From Octopus vulgaris (taxonomy: Eukaryota): 64,000 nucleotides of DNA. Below the pieces are notes generated by a model, which was given only the letters and a program-made list of their open reading frames with translations, was not told the DNA's origin and did not search any database. The position numbers and the translations under genes are program-made. This document shows, one piece after another, positions 49,692 through 63,549 of this stretch. Location of the stretch: assembly GCA_951406725.2 (NCBI GenBank), contig OX597820.1:104594001-104658000 (forward strand). Reading direction: 5' to 3'. The number at the start of each line of letters is the position of its first letter. Within the stretch, counting starts at the first letter, position 1.

Positions 49692-52600
49692 CGGCAAGGT
49701 CGAGGATGAGGTCCCAGACTAAACACGACCAAACACCAGCATCTAGACCCCAACGGCGAAGCAGGTAGTGGAGGTCAATCTCAACCCCTCATTCAGTGAC
49801 TCCGGCGAAAGAGTGTAATACCTGGCGGGTAGGCGGGATAAAGGCGAATGGACTCCGGCAGCTCGCTGCAACCAGCCTCACCAAGACTGCACGTCTCAGT
49901 TCTTTGAGCCGCAGTGGAGAAGTTCTTGGTCAAGTGCGTGCGCGTGGCCGTCGCGCAGCCACGATCACCTCAAACAATTTACTCAGCGACTAAATTCGTC
50001 TTTCTACTCTTTGAGTCTCAAAACAAAAATGCCCAATGCCGATGGTATCGCGGGCGCCGAAGGTAAGTCTGGAAAGCTGGAAGCCTTTAATCCGTGACTA
50101 CACATTGGCGGCGAATCTTAGATGGTTGCTCTCCAATGAATAGCCGTGACATTGGAGTTCGGCCATTGGACTCGTGACTGGGCTGGCCTATTTAGGATTA
50201 CTGCAACCCACCCCTTAAGGGGGAGCCCTAGAAAAGATGGGGTAAACATCGGACACGGCAACTCGATCTGGCCAGCATACCGCGGCTGGCGGACCTTCCG
50301 CTCAGCGGTCGGAACTCTACTTCTGTTCGTCCACCATTGACTACTAAATGCTTTGTTTCGCAACCTCTCACTTTCGCGGCCTGGAACATCTGCACTCTCC
50401 AGAGCAAGAGTAACATTAATCGTCCGGAGCCACGTACAGCCTTCGTCTGCAAGGAACTTACCCGCTTCAACATCGATGTGGCAGCCTTAAGCGAGACTAG
50501 GCTTCCCGGAGGAGGCAGAATCAGAGAAGCTGGTTTCTCTGATGCTAACGAACCACGCGTCAATGGAGTTGGCCTTGCCATCAAAACGAAACTCGTGGAT
50601 GAAAACAGACACATCCTAACTGCTGTCGGCAAGCGCCTGATGACTGTTCGAGTCTCGCTCATTCGAGACAGATTCCTTACGCTAATCTCTGTGTACCCTA
50701 CTCTCACATCTTAAGAGGATGTCAAGGCTTCGTTCTACAATGTGCTGGACCGCACCATCCAGACAGTCCCCGCGCACGACAAACACGTCGTGTTGGGGGG
50801 CTTTAACGGCAGAGTCGACAGTGACCATTGTCTGTGGAACGACACTTTTGGTCATCACGGCATTGGGAAATGCAATGCCAATGGCCAGCTCCTTCTTTGC
50901 ACCGAGCACGAACTCATCATCACCAACTCCCTACCCGACAAAAGACGACCTGGAAACACCCACGGTCTAAACACTAGTACATCCTCGACTACGATCTGAC
51001 AAAATCCAAGGGCAGGCGAGATGTACGCATCACCTGCTCCATGCTTGGTGCAGATGGCTGCAGGACGGATCACCGCCTTCTGATTTCTCGCCTGACATCA
51101 AGTTATGCCTTCCACCAAAGCGAGTCTCAGCAAACATACCTTGCCGAAGCTTCGACTGCACCAAACTCCAGAACTCACAGGCATCCCAGAACTTCAGGGA
51201 ATCCATTGAGAGACACCTGATGGTCTTCCCAGAGCCGACCTCCATTGAGGTTTGCTGGACCAGCCTTCATGGTGTCATGACCGCTGCCGCTGAGGAGATG
51301 ATTGGCTTTGCCCAGAAGAAGAACCAAGACTGGTTTGACGAGAATGATGAAACCATCTCCCGTCTCAACAAAGCCAAATTCCGGATGCGCCTCACCTTCT
51401 AGAACCATGCCACTTCAGAGAACAAACGAAAACACCAGCAAGCATTAGCAGAATGCCAGCGAGGAGTTAGAGAAGCTCAGAACATCTGGTGGCAGAAAAA
51501 AGCAGGGGAGATGCCAAACTATGCGGACCAACGAGACTTGCGCCGCTTTTATGCCGCAACCAATGAGATCTTTGCACCACAAGATCATTAGTGGGTGACC
51601 TGAAGAACGCAGCTGGCTCTTCGATAATCGACACCCAAGGAATTCTCGTTGGAAGTCCCATTTCGAGATCCTACTTAATGACCACTCACGCACAACAGAC
51701 GATCTCCTCCAAAACACCCCACAGCTCTCCATCCGCCAGCGGATGTCCCTGCCACCCATGAAGCCGGGCAAAGCTCCGGGACCAGACAATATCCCGTTTG
51801 AGTTTTTCAAGCATGGAAGTCCTGAGCTCAGAAATCATCTGACGCTCCTTCTCAAGATCTGGGAAAGACTTCCGCGATGCAACTATCATCACCATCTACG
51901 AAAAGGGAAACCGAAAGGATTGCAACAACTATCGGGACATCTCACTCCTGAGTATTGCAAGCAAGATCTTCGCCGGTATCCTACTCAATCTCCTCCTCAT
52001 TCTCGCTGAAGACGTCCTCCCTGAGTCCCAGTGTGGCTTTCGACTCTCTCAAGGCACAATCGACATGATCAGGAGAAATGTCAAGAACAACAGCCCGCAA
52101 TGTTCTTCTTCTGGGATCTAAAGAAAGCCTGAAATGTGGGACGTCATTGCCCTGGTTCGCTCCCTTCACGACAGCATGGTGGGTAGGGTTTTCCATCAAA
52201 ATGCCCTCTCATACTCGTTTCCCATCACTGGGGGGAGGACCTTAAGCAAGTATGCATTCTTGCACCAACCTGTTTCTCTTTGTACATGGCCGCCATGTTC
52301 AATGAAATCCCACTGGACTCACCTTCCATCAACATGCGCTATCGCTTGGATGGCGGACTCTTCAATCTCGCACGTCTCCGCGCAAAGACGAGGACCTCCG
52401 CCATCTCAGTCCGTGAGGTTCAGTATGCCGACGACAATGCCACACCGAGCCGGATTGTACATGACCTACAAAGGACGGCCGATCTTTACAACGCGGCTTA
52501 TGAACGCTTATATGTAAATATATTAAAGACCAAGACCCTGATCCAACCTGCACCAGGCCAGAACAGTCCACCTATGAACATTAGCATCAACGCCCAATCC

Positions 52601-52740
52601 CTAGAAGAAGCTGAACACTTCTCATACCTTGGGAGTATTATTTCGAAGACCCACCCCACGTGTGAAAAGGACTTGGAAACCGGATCAGTGCGGAGCACAC
52701 CACCTTCGGTAGACTCATCCAATGTGTATTCCTCAATCAA
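49692..52740 (+). mobile_element. RTE/BovB-like LINE with 5' UTR, APE and RT; degraded and 3'-truncated
   Basis: FAAWNICTL..RPEPRTA..IDVAALSETRL, GVGLAI, GGFNGRV, TDHRL, GKAPGPDNIP, QYADD, FSYLGS. Confidence 0.9.
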
Positions 52741-53613
52741 TCACGCCCGTCTCTTGTATTGTCCTAACCTCCACCTTAACTTTAAGAACGTTTTTTCAAT
52801 TTCAGACAGACAATCAATTTTTTTGATCTTTTTATATGTGGCGAATTTTTGTGGTAACTGTAAAGCATGCATTTCATCTGTATCTAGCTGTACTGCACCG
52901 TATATTCCAGAGGTATATTTGTTGTTGATGATGTTGGTAACCATGCCTGTAACAATCACTTCAACAATAAACTCAAGTGGATGAAATAGCAACAACAACA
53001 ATCTCAGCATGTTAATGCAGCATTCCTGGCCAGGCGAATACTTTCCATTGCTTTCCATTGCTCATGCAGAAGCTGTTCATGCAGCATTTTGTGGTTGTCT
53101 AATTAAAGTATCATGGGACGATTCATTTGCGCTCCTTCTGGTCAATTTCTCTGCTACCGCCGTTTTTCATTCAATGGAGGATCTCTTCTTTGGAAACATT
53201 ATGCCAAGAAATATGACGTAAACTAAGATTGACAACTGTACGTTAATAATGAAATGTCAATAAAAAAGGTAAATAATATCAATAACCTAGTAAACTTTAA
53301 GAGATACATGCAATGAACTGAGATGACGCTGCTATGTTAATAATTAAATGTCAATAAAAAGTATTAATTAATATCAATATTTTAAAAAGACAAAAAATGT
53401 TCAACAGAAGAAGTTTTACCTAATAACACGCCGAAGCGGACGAATCGTGCTGGATGTAAGGGGAAACAATCAATTTCTGAAATTTACTTCACAAAGAGTT
53501 ACTTCCCTTACTCATTATGTGAAAATATTTTTAAGAATCTAAAACCATTTCTGGAACATAAGTAATGTATGCTCCCAGTTGCGAACTTGAGAAGTTATGC
53601 AGGTTTACACGCG

Positions 53614-53684
<71 letters not shown>

Positions 53685-53859
53685 AGTTATATATATATGG
53701 ATTAGATTTTATTGAATCAAACATCTAGCACAATCTGTAATCTGATATATAGCCTTGTACAAAGTTATATGTATGTTTGTGATATCCAGTAAAAGGAGAA
53801 GTCCTACTCTATGACAGCATCGGTATCCGATACCCAAAGAGAAGTTTTAGATGATATTG

Positions 53860-54030
53860 GTTTCAAAATTTTACAGAAGTCCAGCAATTTTGGGGGAGAG
53901 GATAAGTCTATTGCATCAACCCCAGTGCTCATCTGGTACTTATTTTATCGAACCTGAAAGATGAAAGGCAAAATCGACCTAGGTGGAATTTGAACTCAGA
54001 ACGTAAAGACGGACAAAATGCGGCTAAGTA
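53860..54030 (-). mobile_element. SINE family 1 copy
   Basis: ggtacttattttatcga..aaaggcaaaatcgacc..gaatttgaactcagaacgtaaagac. Confidence 0.7.
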
Positions 54031-55619
54031 TGATTTTTTTTTTCCAGATCATCGCCACAGTACAGATTTGAACTTGATACCCTAATTAAATCGTTGACAT
54101 ACTAACCGTTGTCGCCTCGCTTTCTGTTTGCTCTAAAGAACGATGTTTAGTGATTCGTATTCTGTACGCTAAAGGTCAACCAGCGGCTGAAATTCATTGA
54201 ATGTTTGGACCACAATGTAAGAACTGTATTTTTAATGCTACCAACAGTTCATGAATTTATTTTAAAATATTCAGAAATGGTTGCACAAACGACGCGTCTC
54301 AAAACGGAGCTGAATACCAGGATACGCCCTGTACTGATGACAGTAGTGAACGAATCTGTAACAATGATCTGTTGACTTGATAGATAAACAATATGCAAAC
54401 TTGGCATGCTGCTGTCTGTGGATCCATTCACAACTGGCTAGGCTTTAGTTAAGTTTCTACTAGATGGATACCATGACAATTAACTGAACTGCACAAACAA
54501 AACTACCAACTGCTTTTGGAAGGCTTTGATAAGGAAGGTGGCGCCATCTTGGAAAATATAGTTACTGTTTAGGATTAGTTAGGCTTATACGTAACTGCGT
54601 AATTATTTTTACGTATGGAGATAATTACTTTTGCTCTTTAGGAAGGGTTCGCCTCGACTGAGAAAACGTATGATCTTAAGACGTTCTATCCATGATCATT
54701 CGTTCAAAGATATTCTCTTCTTAATCATTTTGTTTATTTGTTTTTTTTAAAATATATTTAGGATATCGTTATACAACGTGCTGTTTCCTTTTTGCCTCGT
54801 GTGTTAAGATCATTCATATCGGTTACATTACATCATTTGTGCCCTACGGCAACACCTATTTTCAACAACAACAACAACAACAGTAATAATAATAGTAATA
54901 ATAATAACAATAATGATAATAATAATAATTTTCATATTGACCACAGGGCCTGCAAGAAACATTTAGAACGATACAAAGGCAAGGGACAGTGGGATTTACG
55001 TAAGCATATTAACAGTAAAAATCAGTAATAATTAACAAATAATTATAAGATCAAAATTCCCTTATAGTAAATGAATGTCACCTGGGAGAAAAATAGTGAG
55101 AAAAGATGTTTGTAAGAAATGGTCAGGTGGTAGAGAAAGAGTGTAAGATGGTGTATGTGGGTGTGTGTGTGTGTGTGTGTGGATGCACAAGCGTACGTAG
55201 GGGTGTTAAAGAAACAAGATGGAGGAGATGGAGTGTGAGTGTGTGCGTGCATGTTCGTGAGGTTTTTTAAAGTATGTGGCGCAGTGGGAAGATGAGTGTT
55301 CGTGAAAGTTGCATAGGTTTATTGAGGACAAGTAGTATGTGTGGAGGTGAAATGGAGTGGCCGGAAGAGTGTTGGTGTGAGTGCGTTACATGGGAGCGGT
55401 GTGGTAGTGGCATGGAAAGGGCGAGTAATGTGAGGCGAGGGATGGAGAGGAAATATATTAGAAGACTTGTGGAGGAGAGAGTTGAGGCCGAAATTTTGAA
55501 AAGAAAATTCTGTGGCATTTTTAACATAATCATTTTAAGTGCATTCTCTCAATTCTTACGGTTAAATGTATAATTCATTTTTACCTTAATTTTTTTTCTT
55601 TCTTTCGTTGCAGATTATT

Positions 55620-56460
55620 TTATACTATAGGCTTAAATACGTATCGATTTTACCTTTTCAAAATAGGTCTAGATCAAACGATATTAGACACTGCGTATGT
55701 ATGAATTCAAAATGAGCTCTTCAGCAAAGCAGCTTTTTGTCTATGGAATGAAACTGGACATGCCAAAAACGGTTTGTTTAGCTTTGCTCAAGAAATGTTT
55801 CTCTCGTAGACTCCTTTCAATCTGGACAACAAAATTCTGTTAATATTGAGTTTCTGAAAACTGTAGTTGAGGAAAATCCAGAGCAAACTGCATGAGAAAT
55901 AGCAAAACAGTTCAATTCAAGTCACACCTCGATCGTAAAACACTTTCTGGTGCTCGTCATTGAAGAGTGAAAACGATGGTGGTTAGCACCTAATGAGAAA
56001 GGAGTCTCCATTAGCAAACCAGGTCTATACTGAAAATTGTATGCTCTTTACTTGGTAGGATATGAAGGAGGTCGTCTACAATGAAGTGTTAAACCAAAAT
56101 GAAACAATGCGGGAAAACATTGTCACAAAAATTTTCAGAAAAGGCGTCCGCCATCGGTCAATCGTAAACGGGTGTTGCTCTTATACTATAACGCAAGACT
56201 ACATACTTCCCAAGTAACTAAAGAAAATATTATGGTAGTAAATATGGAAGTTTTGCCTTCATTTTCCTTATTCTCCGAGTCTTGCAACATCTGGCTACCA
56301 TCTCTTTGGATCATTTCTACATTATTGAGAAGGAAAACTTTTTATTAATTGAAAATATGTTAAAAATGATAATGTACGTTTCTTTGCTTTAAAACCGAAA
56401 GAATTTTGCGCCCGAGGGATCAACAATTTGTGAAATAGAAGGGATTATTTTATCAATGAA
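55620..56460 (+). mobile_element. Very degraded mariner-like remnant
   Basis: Traces of LL..YNARLH and YSP.LATSGYHLF-like motifs. Confidence 0.5.
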
Positions 56461-57613
56461 GAGAAATATCATCTTGATAAATTTGTCGATAATACAGCTT
56501 TACGATTTCCTCTACGACAAACGACAGTCAATTGTTTTTCTTTTTTTCAACCAAAATCGATTAATCCTAATGATTCCAGTTGATCGACTGCTGATGCCAA
56601 TTCACGATACTATTTCAAGTACAACCAGAGATTTCCTGAAAATTATTTCTATTGCAATAATTTCGATTTCATTGTCTCAATCAACATCAATATAGCCAGT
56701 CAACAAAATTGTCTCAAGATTCGCCCCTAATTCACTAAATCAACCGATGAATTTTAATTCTTCCCCTGCGAACAATTGGCATCAGAAAAGGTCTTTTCAA
56801 TCAATTTAGTTCACTGCTTTTCCTCCCATTCTTCATGACCAGACAACTAAGTCAAAATAGTTGAATACTATTGTATAAAGGTGTTAGATATTTATGTATA
56901 AAATGTGGTGTCGGCGCTGGTGGTGATGACGGTGATATTAATAGTAATTTAGCTGACGTTGGTGGTGTTGGTTAATGGTTTGTGTACTGGTTATGCTAGT
57001 GAGGTCGATGATGATGGCGGCGGCGGCAGTGGCGGTGGCGGTGGAGGTGGTAATTGTGGTGAAGGTAACGTCATTAGCTTTCATGTTATTTTGCTGGTGG
57101 CTGACGGAACGAAAATATACCGGACCTACTAGGAATGTGTTGACACGAACTGCCGCAAGAATTTTATTAGCAAAATTGTTAGAGCTAAAAATTATATCAA
57201 GTTTCTCCATTTATTTATTTGTCCATTTCTCTCTCTCCCTCTCTTTCTTCCTCTCTCTCTCCCCCTCTCTCTCCCCCTCTCTCCCTCTCTCTGCTCAATA
57301 TATATACATATTCATGCATATACTTATATATGTGTGTCTGTACCAGTGTGAAGAGAAATACCACAATTATAGACCTTCATTCTAGAAATAAAAACTTGTT
57401 ATGTGTAAAGCGACTATTACACAAAGCTTCTCAGTCAACGCCTTTTCCGAGAAATTTGCCAATAGCTTAAAGATATTCGTGAAATGTCAAGTAACTTGAC
57501 AGTCATATATGAGTATACACACACACACACGCACACACATACATACATGTGTGTATATATATGTATGTGCGTATGTGTGTGTGTATATATATATATATAT
57601 GTATGTATGTATG

Positions 57614-57725
<112 letters not shown>

Positions 57726-57732
57726 CATATAT

Positions 57733-57896
57733 AGGCGTAGGCGGGGCTATGTGACAAGAAGCTTGCTTTCCAACCTCATGGTACCGGGTTCACTCTCACT
57801 GCGTGACATCATGGACAAGTGTCTTCTACTATACTCTCGGACCGTCCAAAGCTTTGTGAGTGGATTTAGTAGGCGGAAATCGAAAGAAGCCTGTCG

Positions 57897-57937
<41 letters not shown>

Positions 57938-58140
57938 ATCTGTGTTTGTCCTCCCAACACCACTTGACAACCGATGTTGGTGTGGTTACGTCCCGGCGAA
58001 TTAGCGGTTCGGTAAAAGAGACCAATAGAATAAGTACTAGGCTAACAAGGAATAAGTCCTGGGGTCGATTTCTTTGACTAAAGGCGATGTTCCAGCATGG
58101 CCACAGTCAAATGACTGAAACAAGTAAAAGAATAAAAGAA
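57733..58140 (+). mobile_element. SINE family 2, near full length
   Basis: Degenerate tRNA-like head (gggttcactctcac), internal (TG)n and (aaaagaat)n tail; other copies at 28125, 37545 and about 44400. Confidence 0.75.
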
Positions 58141-58161
58141 TAAAAGAAGTTATATACATAA

Positions 58162-58251
<90 letters not shown>

Positions 58252-58262
58252 CAATACATACA

Positions 58263-58417
<155 letters not shown>

Positions 58418-58577
58418 TAGGGATATTAGCCAACCGAATATGGCTAGGGACAGGGCAGGGTGGTGGGGGTGTCACTGTTGCATTTAGCCCCAGGCGAACA
58501 TCAACGTCACCAGATAGGCCTGACGCCATCACGGCGTCCTCTATCCTGCAAAGGGAGATCATTCACCAAGAAGCCGA

Positions 58578-58631
58578 TACCACACACGGACCTAGGTTTC
58601 AAGGTGTATTGCCTATTATCAACGTGTGGTA
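58578..58631 (-). ncRNA. Type I hammerhead, U3-A8 core variant (left arm)
   Basis: Reverse complement of 58981-59034. Confidence 0.75.
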
Positions 58632-58980
58632 GGCATCGCTTCTCGATGAACGACCAACTTTGCAAGATATGTATAAGGATTTTCAAGTAAATACATTTAC
58701 TGATTTCGAAAATCTGTTCGACAGCAATAATAATTCTCTAAATGAGATATAGACAGTGACTGCTCCGTAATATAAGGGATATTAGTCTAACGAATATGGC
58801 TAGGGACAGGGCTAATATTCGGTTGGATAATATCCCTTATATTACGGAGCAGTCACTGTCTATATCTCATTTAGAGAATTATTATTGCTGTCGAACAGAT
58901 TTTCGAAATCAGTAAATGTATTTACTTGAAAATCCTTATACATATCTTGCAAAGTTGGTCGTTCATCGAGAAGCGATGCC

Positions 58981-59034
58981 TACCACACGTTGATAATAGG
59001 CAATACACCTTGAAACCTAGGTCCGTGTGTGGTA
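58981..59034 (+). ncRNA. Type I hammerhead, U3-A8 core variant (right arm)
   Basis: CACACG UUGAUAA U AGG caauaca CCU U GAAAC CUAG GUC CGUGUG. Confidence 0.75.
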
Positions 59035-59283
59035 TCGGCTTCTTGGTGAGTGACCTCCCTTTGCAGGATAGAGGACGCCGTGATGGCGTCAGGCCTATCT
59101 GGTGACGTTGATGTTCGCCTGGGGCTAAATGCAACAGTGACACCCCCACCACCCTGCCCTGTCCCTAGCCATATTCGGTTGGCTAATATCCCTTATATTA
59201 CGGAGCAGTCACTGTCTATATCTCATTTAGAGAATTATTATTGCTATATATATATATATATATACAAATCAATAAATGGTGGG

Positions 59284-59327
<44 letters not shown>

Positions 59328-59384
59328 AATGTGCGTGCGTGCGAGTGTATGTGTGTGTATACCTATATGCATACAAACAAGATA

Positions 59385-60010
59385 CATTTCCGGATTTATC
59401 AGACTTTTTCAAGAGACATTTATTTCAAACAAGTACAAAACTTCGATTTCCTTCGAAGTAGGATCCTCTAACTTCAATGCACTTGTTTTGATGCTCTAGC
59501 CATTTCGTGAAAGCGCCATGGAAGTCCGCCAAAGTGACGATGTCTACTACCTCGTTCATCTTCAAAACAATTGTCTCTGAGGTTCTCCTTCAGCTTGGGG
59601 AACAACCAAAAGCCACAGGGGACAAGGTCTGGACTGTAGAGAGGATGAGTGACAGTTTTGATGTCCATCTCTGTCAAGTAGTTGGTTACCAGAATGCTCG
59701 TCGCTGAGCATCTTCAGAACAGACTTTACTCAAATTTTGCATATGTTCAGATTTTCGTGCATAATTCTATGTACAGTTGCTACATCAACTCTAAACTGTA
59801 TGCTTGTTGTCTTTAAAAGACACACGGTGGTCGTCATTCAGAAGATTGAAATTTTTCTCGACCAGCTCAGATGTTCTGAAGTCCTTCTCCCTCCTATGCC
59901 TTTCATCGTCTCTCACCTCATCTCTGCCTTCCTTGAAACTCTTATGCGAGCGAAAAAGTTATTCCATAAGCAGTCTGGAGCATTTCATAAGTTTCAGTAG
60001 CGTTTTTTCC
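59385..60010 (-). mobile_element. Internally deleted mariner
   Basis: TVTHPLYSPDLVPCGFWLFPKLKENLR. Confidence 0.8.
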
Positions 60011-60095
60011 ACCGCCCCTCTCTATCTGTCTTGGTGTTCACATCTCTTGCAAACTGACCGTACATTTTTTTCCTTCTATGCATTTTCTTTTGTGC

Positions 60096-60130
<35 letters not shown>

Positions 60131-60465
60131 CATTTCTTTTAAAAATTTTTCTTTCATTACACAGTTTTCAATTTTGATGACGCCGGCCTTCTTCGTATGT
60201 TTCAACAATGGCTCCACGGCATTTTTCATATACCACCCTAAGCTATTTTCCTCTGTTTCGATACAGTCTTGGGAACTGATCAAATCTCTCTTACCCTTTC
60301 TCCTGGTAAAGTACAGCCTATCGGTGTCACTCTTAGGGTGGAAGGTTCCGTGTACTGTCAACATTTTCTTGGTCTTGGTATCCATTTTCATCACTTCTCT
60401 TTTGCCATTCCCGCTCCATATCGAAGTGATGCTATCGCCTAAGTATTTAACTGCTTGGATTTTAT
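60131..60465 (-). pseudogene. R4/Dong-like non-LTR RT C-terminal fragment
   Basis: MDTKTKKMLTVHGTFHPKSDTDRLYFTRRKGKRDLIS.QDCIETEENSL. Confidence 0.65.
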
Positions 60466-60489
60466 TCCATCGATTCAATTATTATTGTT

Positions 60490-60557
<68 letters not shown>

Positions 60558-60563
60558 CATCAT

Positions 60564-60616
<53 letters not shown>

Positions 60617-61422
60617 TATCATTGAGTGAGAGAGCACATGCCATCAAAGTGACACAGGGGTCAAATATACGAAGCCCAGTATACCCATCATGACTACCCG
60701 TCTGATAAGAGTACACCAGGCACATGCATCACAACCAATCACAACATAGTGATTTCATATCAAGATTAACAGCGCATGACTTTGCAGGAGGGGCCCAGTT
60801 ACAATTTTTTCAGGTCGAGTAGCCCATCACGCTCAAAAGATCCCTGAATAAGGATTGTTTAAGGATGTTGAACGAACCACCCATGTTTCCAAAGGTGAAT
60901 TATCCAAACCTCCAAGAATTCCTTTCAACACATGGCTATGATGCTCCCCCACTAATTCTGCTCGTGATCAGAGATGCACATAGTGTCAGCCACTAAGGGG
61001 CATGCTCAAGTGGTTACGGTCAAACAACTGAGAAGCAAATCTCTGGTATTGAGCAGAATATTTGCTGTAGCCCATCATTTATACTAAGTCAAAACAATGT
61101 ACATGATAACACTTTCAATCAGTTAAGATCAGAAGCCATGAGAGCTAGTGCCTGGTACTGTATCAGGGATTGTTGTAGTTGTTGTTGTTGTTGTTGCTGT
61201 TATCCCACTGCCTGTTCTAAACTCAATTTGGTTGTTCGATAAACTGAATGACCTACTCCCAAATTAACATGTAAGCGGGTGAGCGTTCCATAGATTCGTA
61301 AAGCCTCAATGTTATTCTCAGGAAGAACTAGTATTGTACAGAGTGTTAGAAAAATACCATGCAGTGGGATTGATCCTAAGATCTCGTGATAGCTCTCTCT
61401 GTCTTCTTTCTCCCTCTCTCTC

Positions 61423-61475
<53 letters not shown>

Positions 61476-61476
<1 letters not shown>

Positions 61477-61788
61477 GAGGCGCAATGGCCCAGTGGTTAA
61501 GGGCAGCGGACTCGCAGTCGTAGGATCGCGGTTTCGATTCCCAGACCGGGCGGTGTGTGTGTTTATTGAGCGAAAACACCTTAAAGCTCCACGAGGCTCC
61601 GGCAGGGGGTGGTGGCGAACCCTGCTGTACTCTTTCGCCACAACTTTCTCTCACTCTTTCTTCTGTTGGCCTGCTCGCTTAGCCAGCGGGGTGGCGTCAT
61701 TTGAAGGCTAAAACAATGCGAAGCGCATTGTGACCAGCGATGTGTAGCAACATCTGATAGCCTGGTCGGTCACGGTGATCACGGTGAT
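61476..61788 (+). mobile_element. tRNA-derived SINE (family 3)
   Basis: A box TGGCCCAGTGG, B box GTTTCGATTCC, tail (cacggtgat)2, flanked by TG/TA repeats. Confidence 0.8.
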
Positions 61789-62311
61789 ATATATATATAA
61801 TGTAATACGTCATTTCAATTACCAAAACAGCAGGATTTTATTCAAGAATGATTTGTTTGGAATATCTGGCAGATCCAGTAAGTTTATGTAAGGGCTCTAT
61901 TTTTAAAACGCTCCTCTAAGTACCTACAAGGTTGTGTCGTTGTTGCTAGACGTTTGGTGCTGTTTCTGACTTGTTTGTGACGCTTATGGTTGAGGTGCGA
62001 CTGGGGATGATGGTGGTAGTGGTGTTGGCAGTGTTCACAATGGCACTGGTGTTTTGTTTGTAAAATTTACGGTAGGTGTTACGAACATTTCAAGAATTTT
62101 ACAAGATATTTCAAAATAGATTAAGATCAGATAGGCGTTTGTAAATAGCATTCATATTACGTTTCCTTTATATATTTTTCGAAAAAAAAACTATTTTACG
62201 CATTTTATATTTTTATCTTTTTGTTTTTGTTTTTAATATCAGAGATTCAGAATGGGCAAGAGCAATTTTATGAAATAATTTTTTAAATTAATATATTTCT
62301 TAAGCAGACTA

Positions 62312-62312
<1 letters not shown>

Positions 62313-62399
<87 letters not shown>

Positions 62400-62426
62400 G
62401 TGTGTATATATATGTGTATATATACA

Positions 62427-62479
<53 letters not shown>

Positions 62480-62574
62480 CTATATATCTATATATATATG
62501 TATATATATATATATATATATATCTATATATATATCTATATATATATATCTATATATATATGTATATATATATG

Positions 62575-62606
<32 letters not shown>

Positions 62607-62700
62607 TATATATGTATATATATGTGTATATATATGTATGTATATATATATATATATATATGTATTATATATATGTGTATATATATATATATATATATAA
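62313..62700. repeat. Compound (TA)n/(TG)n microsatellite
   Basis: Direct inspection. Confidence 0.95.
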
Positions 62701-62913
62701 TAAATTAATAAATAAAACATATGCATATATACATACATATATGTACGTACCTACCTCTACATGTATATATACACGCATATATAGGTACAGGACACCAAAC
62801 AACGTCGAACACAAGGAGAAACGAAAACATAAACACAAAATCAAGGAACTGGACATTTTTCTTAAACAACAAAAAATAGAGTACAGGACAAATACCACAA
62901 GGAAAATTCCCCT

Positions 62914-62991
62914 TCTTCAGTCGCCATGGTTTCATCTATTCTGCGTTTCGAAGGTGAAGGCGATACGCATCTTCAATAGAAACGTTCCTTC
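62914..62991 (-). ncRNA. Rearranged hammerhead-like motif from a different repeat family, core intact
   Basis: Sense: GAAGG-N17-UGCGUA-UCGCC-uuca-CCUUC-GAAACGCA-N16-GGCGA-CUGAAGA. Confidence 0.65.
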
Positions 62992-63504
62992 CCGCGAAAA
63001 GCAAATTAAATAAAATTTGAGATCTTTTTGCGCAGGGGTAACAAAAACAGGACAGAAACGACAGTACAAAATATAAACAGTAAAAGACAGGACAAGGAAA
63101 ATAACAAGACAAGAAGGGCTGTTAAGCCGAACGAGAAAAAGTATTACGAACGCTATTTTTGAGAACGGCGAAGGAGCAACAGAAAATGCCGTCCACACTT
63201 TAAGGAAGTCAGGCCAGAAAGACAGTAGCAGAGCTCTCATCGCGGGTCAACGACGGGAGGGAGGTGGAGGAGAAAGAGAAAGGGAGAGAAAAAAAGGGAA
63301 TGGTTGTGAGGAAACCAGAAAGAATGAAGAATGATATATATATATTTGTTGTGCAAGATTTTTATGTGAAATCGTGTGTTGAAACAGATATTGTTGTATT
63401 TCGGAATGGTCATTTTGCCAGTTTAGCCAAATACACGTACTATATATTTGGTGTTACTTTGCTTCAGTGTTATTTATTTTTTACATTAATCTTAATCTTA
63501 TTTC

Positions 63505-63549
63505 GGCCAGAGTTCTTTCGTCACACTCCTGTGACCGCATCAATGGTCC
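63505..63549 (-). ncRNA. Degenerate minimal type I hammerhead-like motif
   Basis: GGACCA UUGAUGC G GUCAC aggagu GUGAC GAAA GAAC UC UGGCC. Confidence 0.45.

Noticed and set aside
49700-50130. HDV-like ribozyme in the RTE 5' UTR (GGCGAAU motifs)
   Set aside because: Could not assemble P1, P2, P3 and L3 by eye; a descriptor search on the family consensus would settle it
52741-53708. Possible PLE N-terminal remnant (LPQKF..IEKTFLKLRW) or Helitron-like end
   Set aside because: Similarity too short to classify
61476-61550. tRNA gene (also 49149-49222)
   Set aside because: A and B boxes are present but the cloverleaf is incomplete and runs into a repeat body, so these are SINE heads
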